A DNA stretch of 63,066 nucleotides, counting the filler, from Nemertoderma westbladi (taxonomy: Eukaryota > Animalia > Xenacoelomorpha): the NCBI GenBank assembly GCA_032718475.1. It is 3 parts of 3 records of this genome, joined end to end, with 100 filler letters (N's around TTAATTAATTAA, not from the genome) between each part and the next. Parts side by side here need not be neighbours in the genome. Positions count along the whole stretch, not along the records: positions 56,526 to 63,066 come from JAUCBJ010001917.1; 2 more parts are not named here. One strand, given 5' to 3'. The position numbers were made by a program, and so were the translations under genes. This document shows, in pieces, positions 62,640 through 63,066 of the stretch. A model generated the notes under the pieces. That model did not search any database and was not told the origin of the DNA. It saw only the letters and a program-made list of their open reading frames with translations. Positions within the stretch are counted from its first letter, which is position 1. Each line of letters opens with the position of its first letter.

Positions 62640-63066
62640 TTAACCCTGTCTACCCTGGGCCATTTAGATCTTCCTACAGTCTGGGGGGGGGGGGGGGGGG
62701 GGGGATTCGACCCAGACCTGATTACTCGGCCATTTTTTAAAGAAATCCAATGAAATATGGTAACAATATTAATGGTATATTTTAACACATTCTTGAAAAA
62801 AATTCAATTGCGGAAAATGTGACATAATGTGTCTGATTTTCAATTCAAGTCTTACGTGTATATTTGGTGGTGGCGAATTCAATGGTAATGCAATTGAGTT
62901 GATACAAGTAATGCAACGACCATTTTTCGTGCGGGCACCAAAAGTGGGTGCAGCACGAAATATTCAAAATTTTTGTCTATTCGAAACATTCAATTTTGGA
63001 AATTTCGTTACCAAATTTTGGTACCCGCACGAAAAATACCCGTTAGGCCTCTGCACTAAACATTCG
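62640..63066. mobile_element. Possible piggyBac-type element end, running out of the window
   Basis: TTAA|CCCT terminus followed by a poly-G tract; the other end is not visible. Confidence 0.3.

Overview
This is eukaryotic (invertebrate animal-like) genomic DNA, not prokaryotic. It consists of three contigs joined by artificial 100-bp N44-TTAATTAATTAA-N44 linkers (26270-26369, 56426-56525). Genes reconstructed by hand with GT-AG introns and consistent phases: a 4-exon secreted protein with a divergent F-type-lectin/discoidin-like domain (2475-17160,+) whose 11.9-kb third intron hosts an antisense intronless FERM gene (FRMD3/5-like); CDIN1/C15orf41; a small PLAT-like protein; an intronless aldo-keto reductase; the 3' four exons of a GARRE1/KIAA0355-like gene; a 7-exon IQANK1-like gene; and an intact 2-exon IQANK1 paralog lacking the IQ/ankyrin core. 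About a quarter of the window is minisatellite (57, 26, 63, 45 and 60-bp units). The rest includes RTE and CR1-type LINE fragments, several MITEs and Tc1/mariner-type excision footprints. The most striking pattern is that tandem duplications repeatedly start at exon 3' ends and 5' splice donors, from 2-3 copies up to ~100-copy arrays, creating kilobase arrays of donor motifs inside introns. The long repetitive ORFs in the ORF track are mostly by-products of these arrays. Gene names come from remembered motifs, not database searches.
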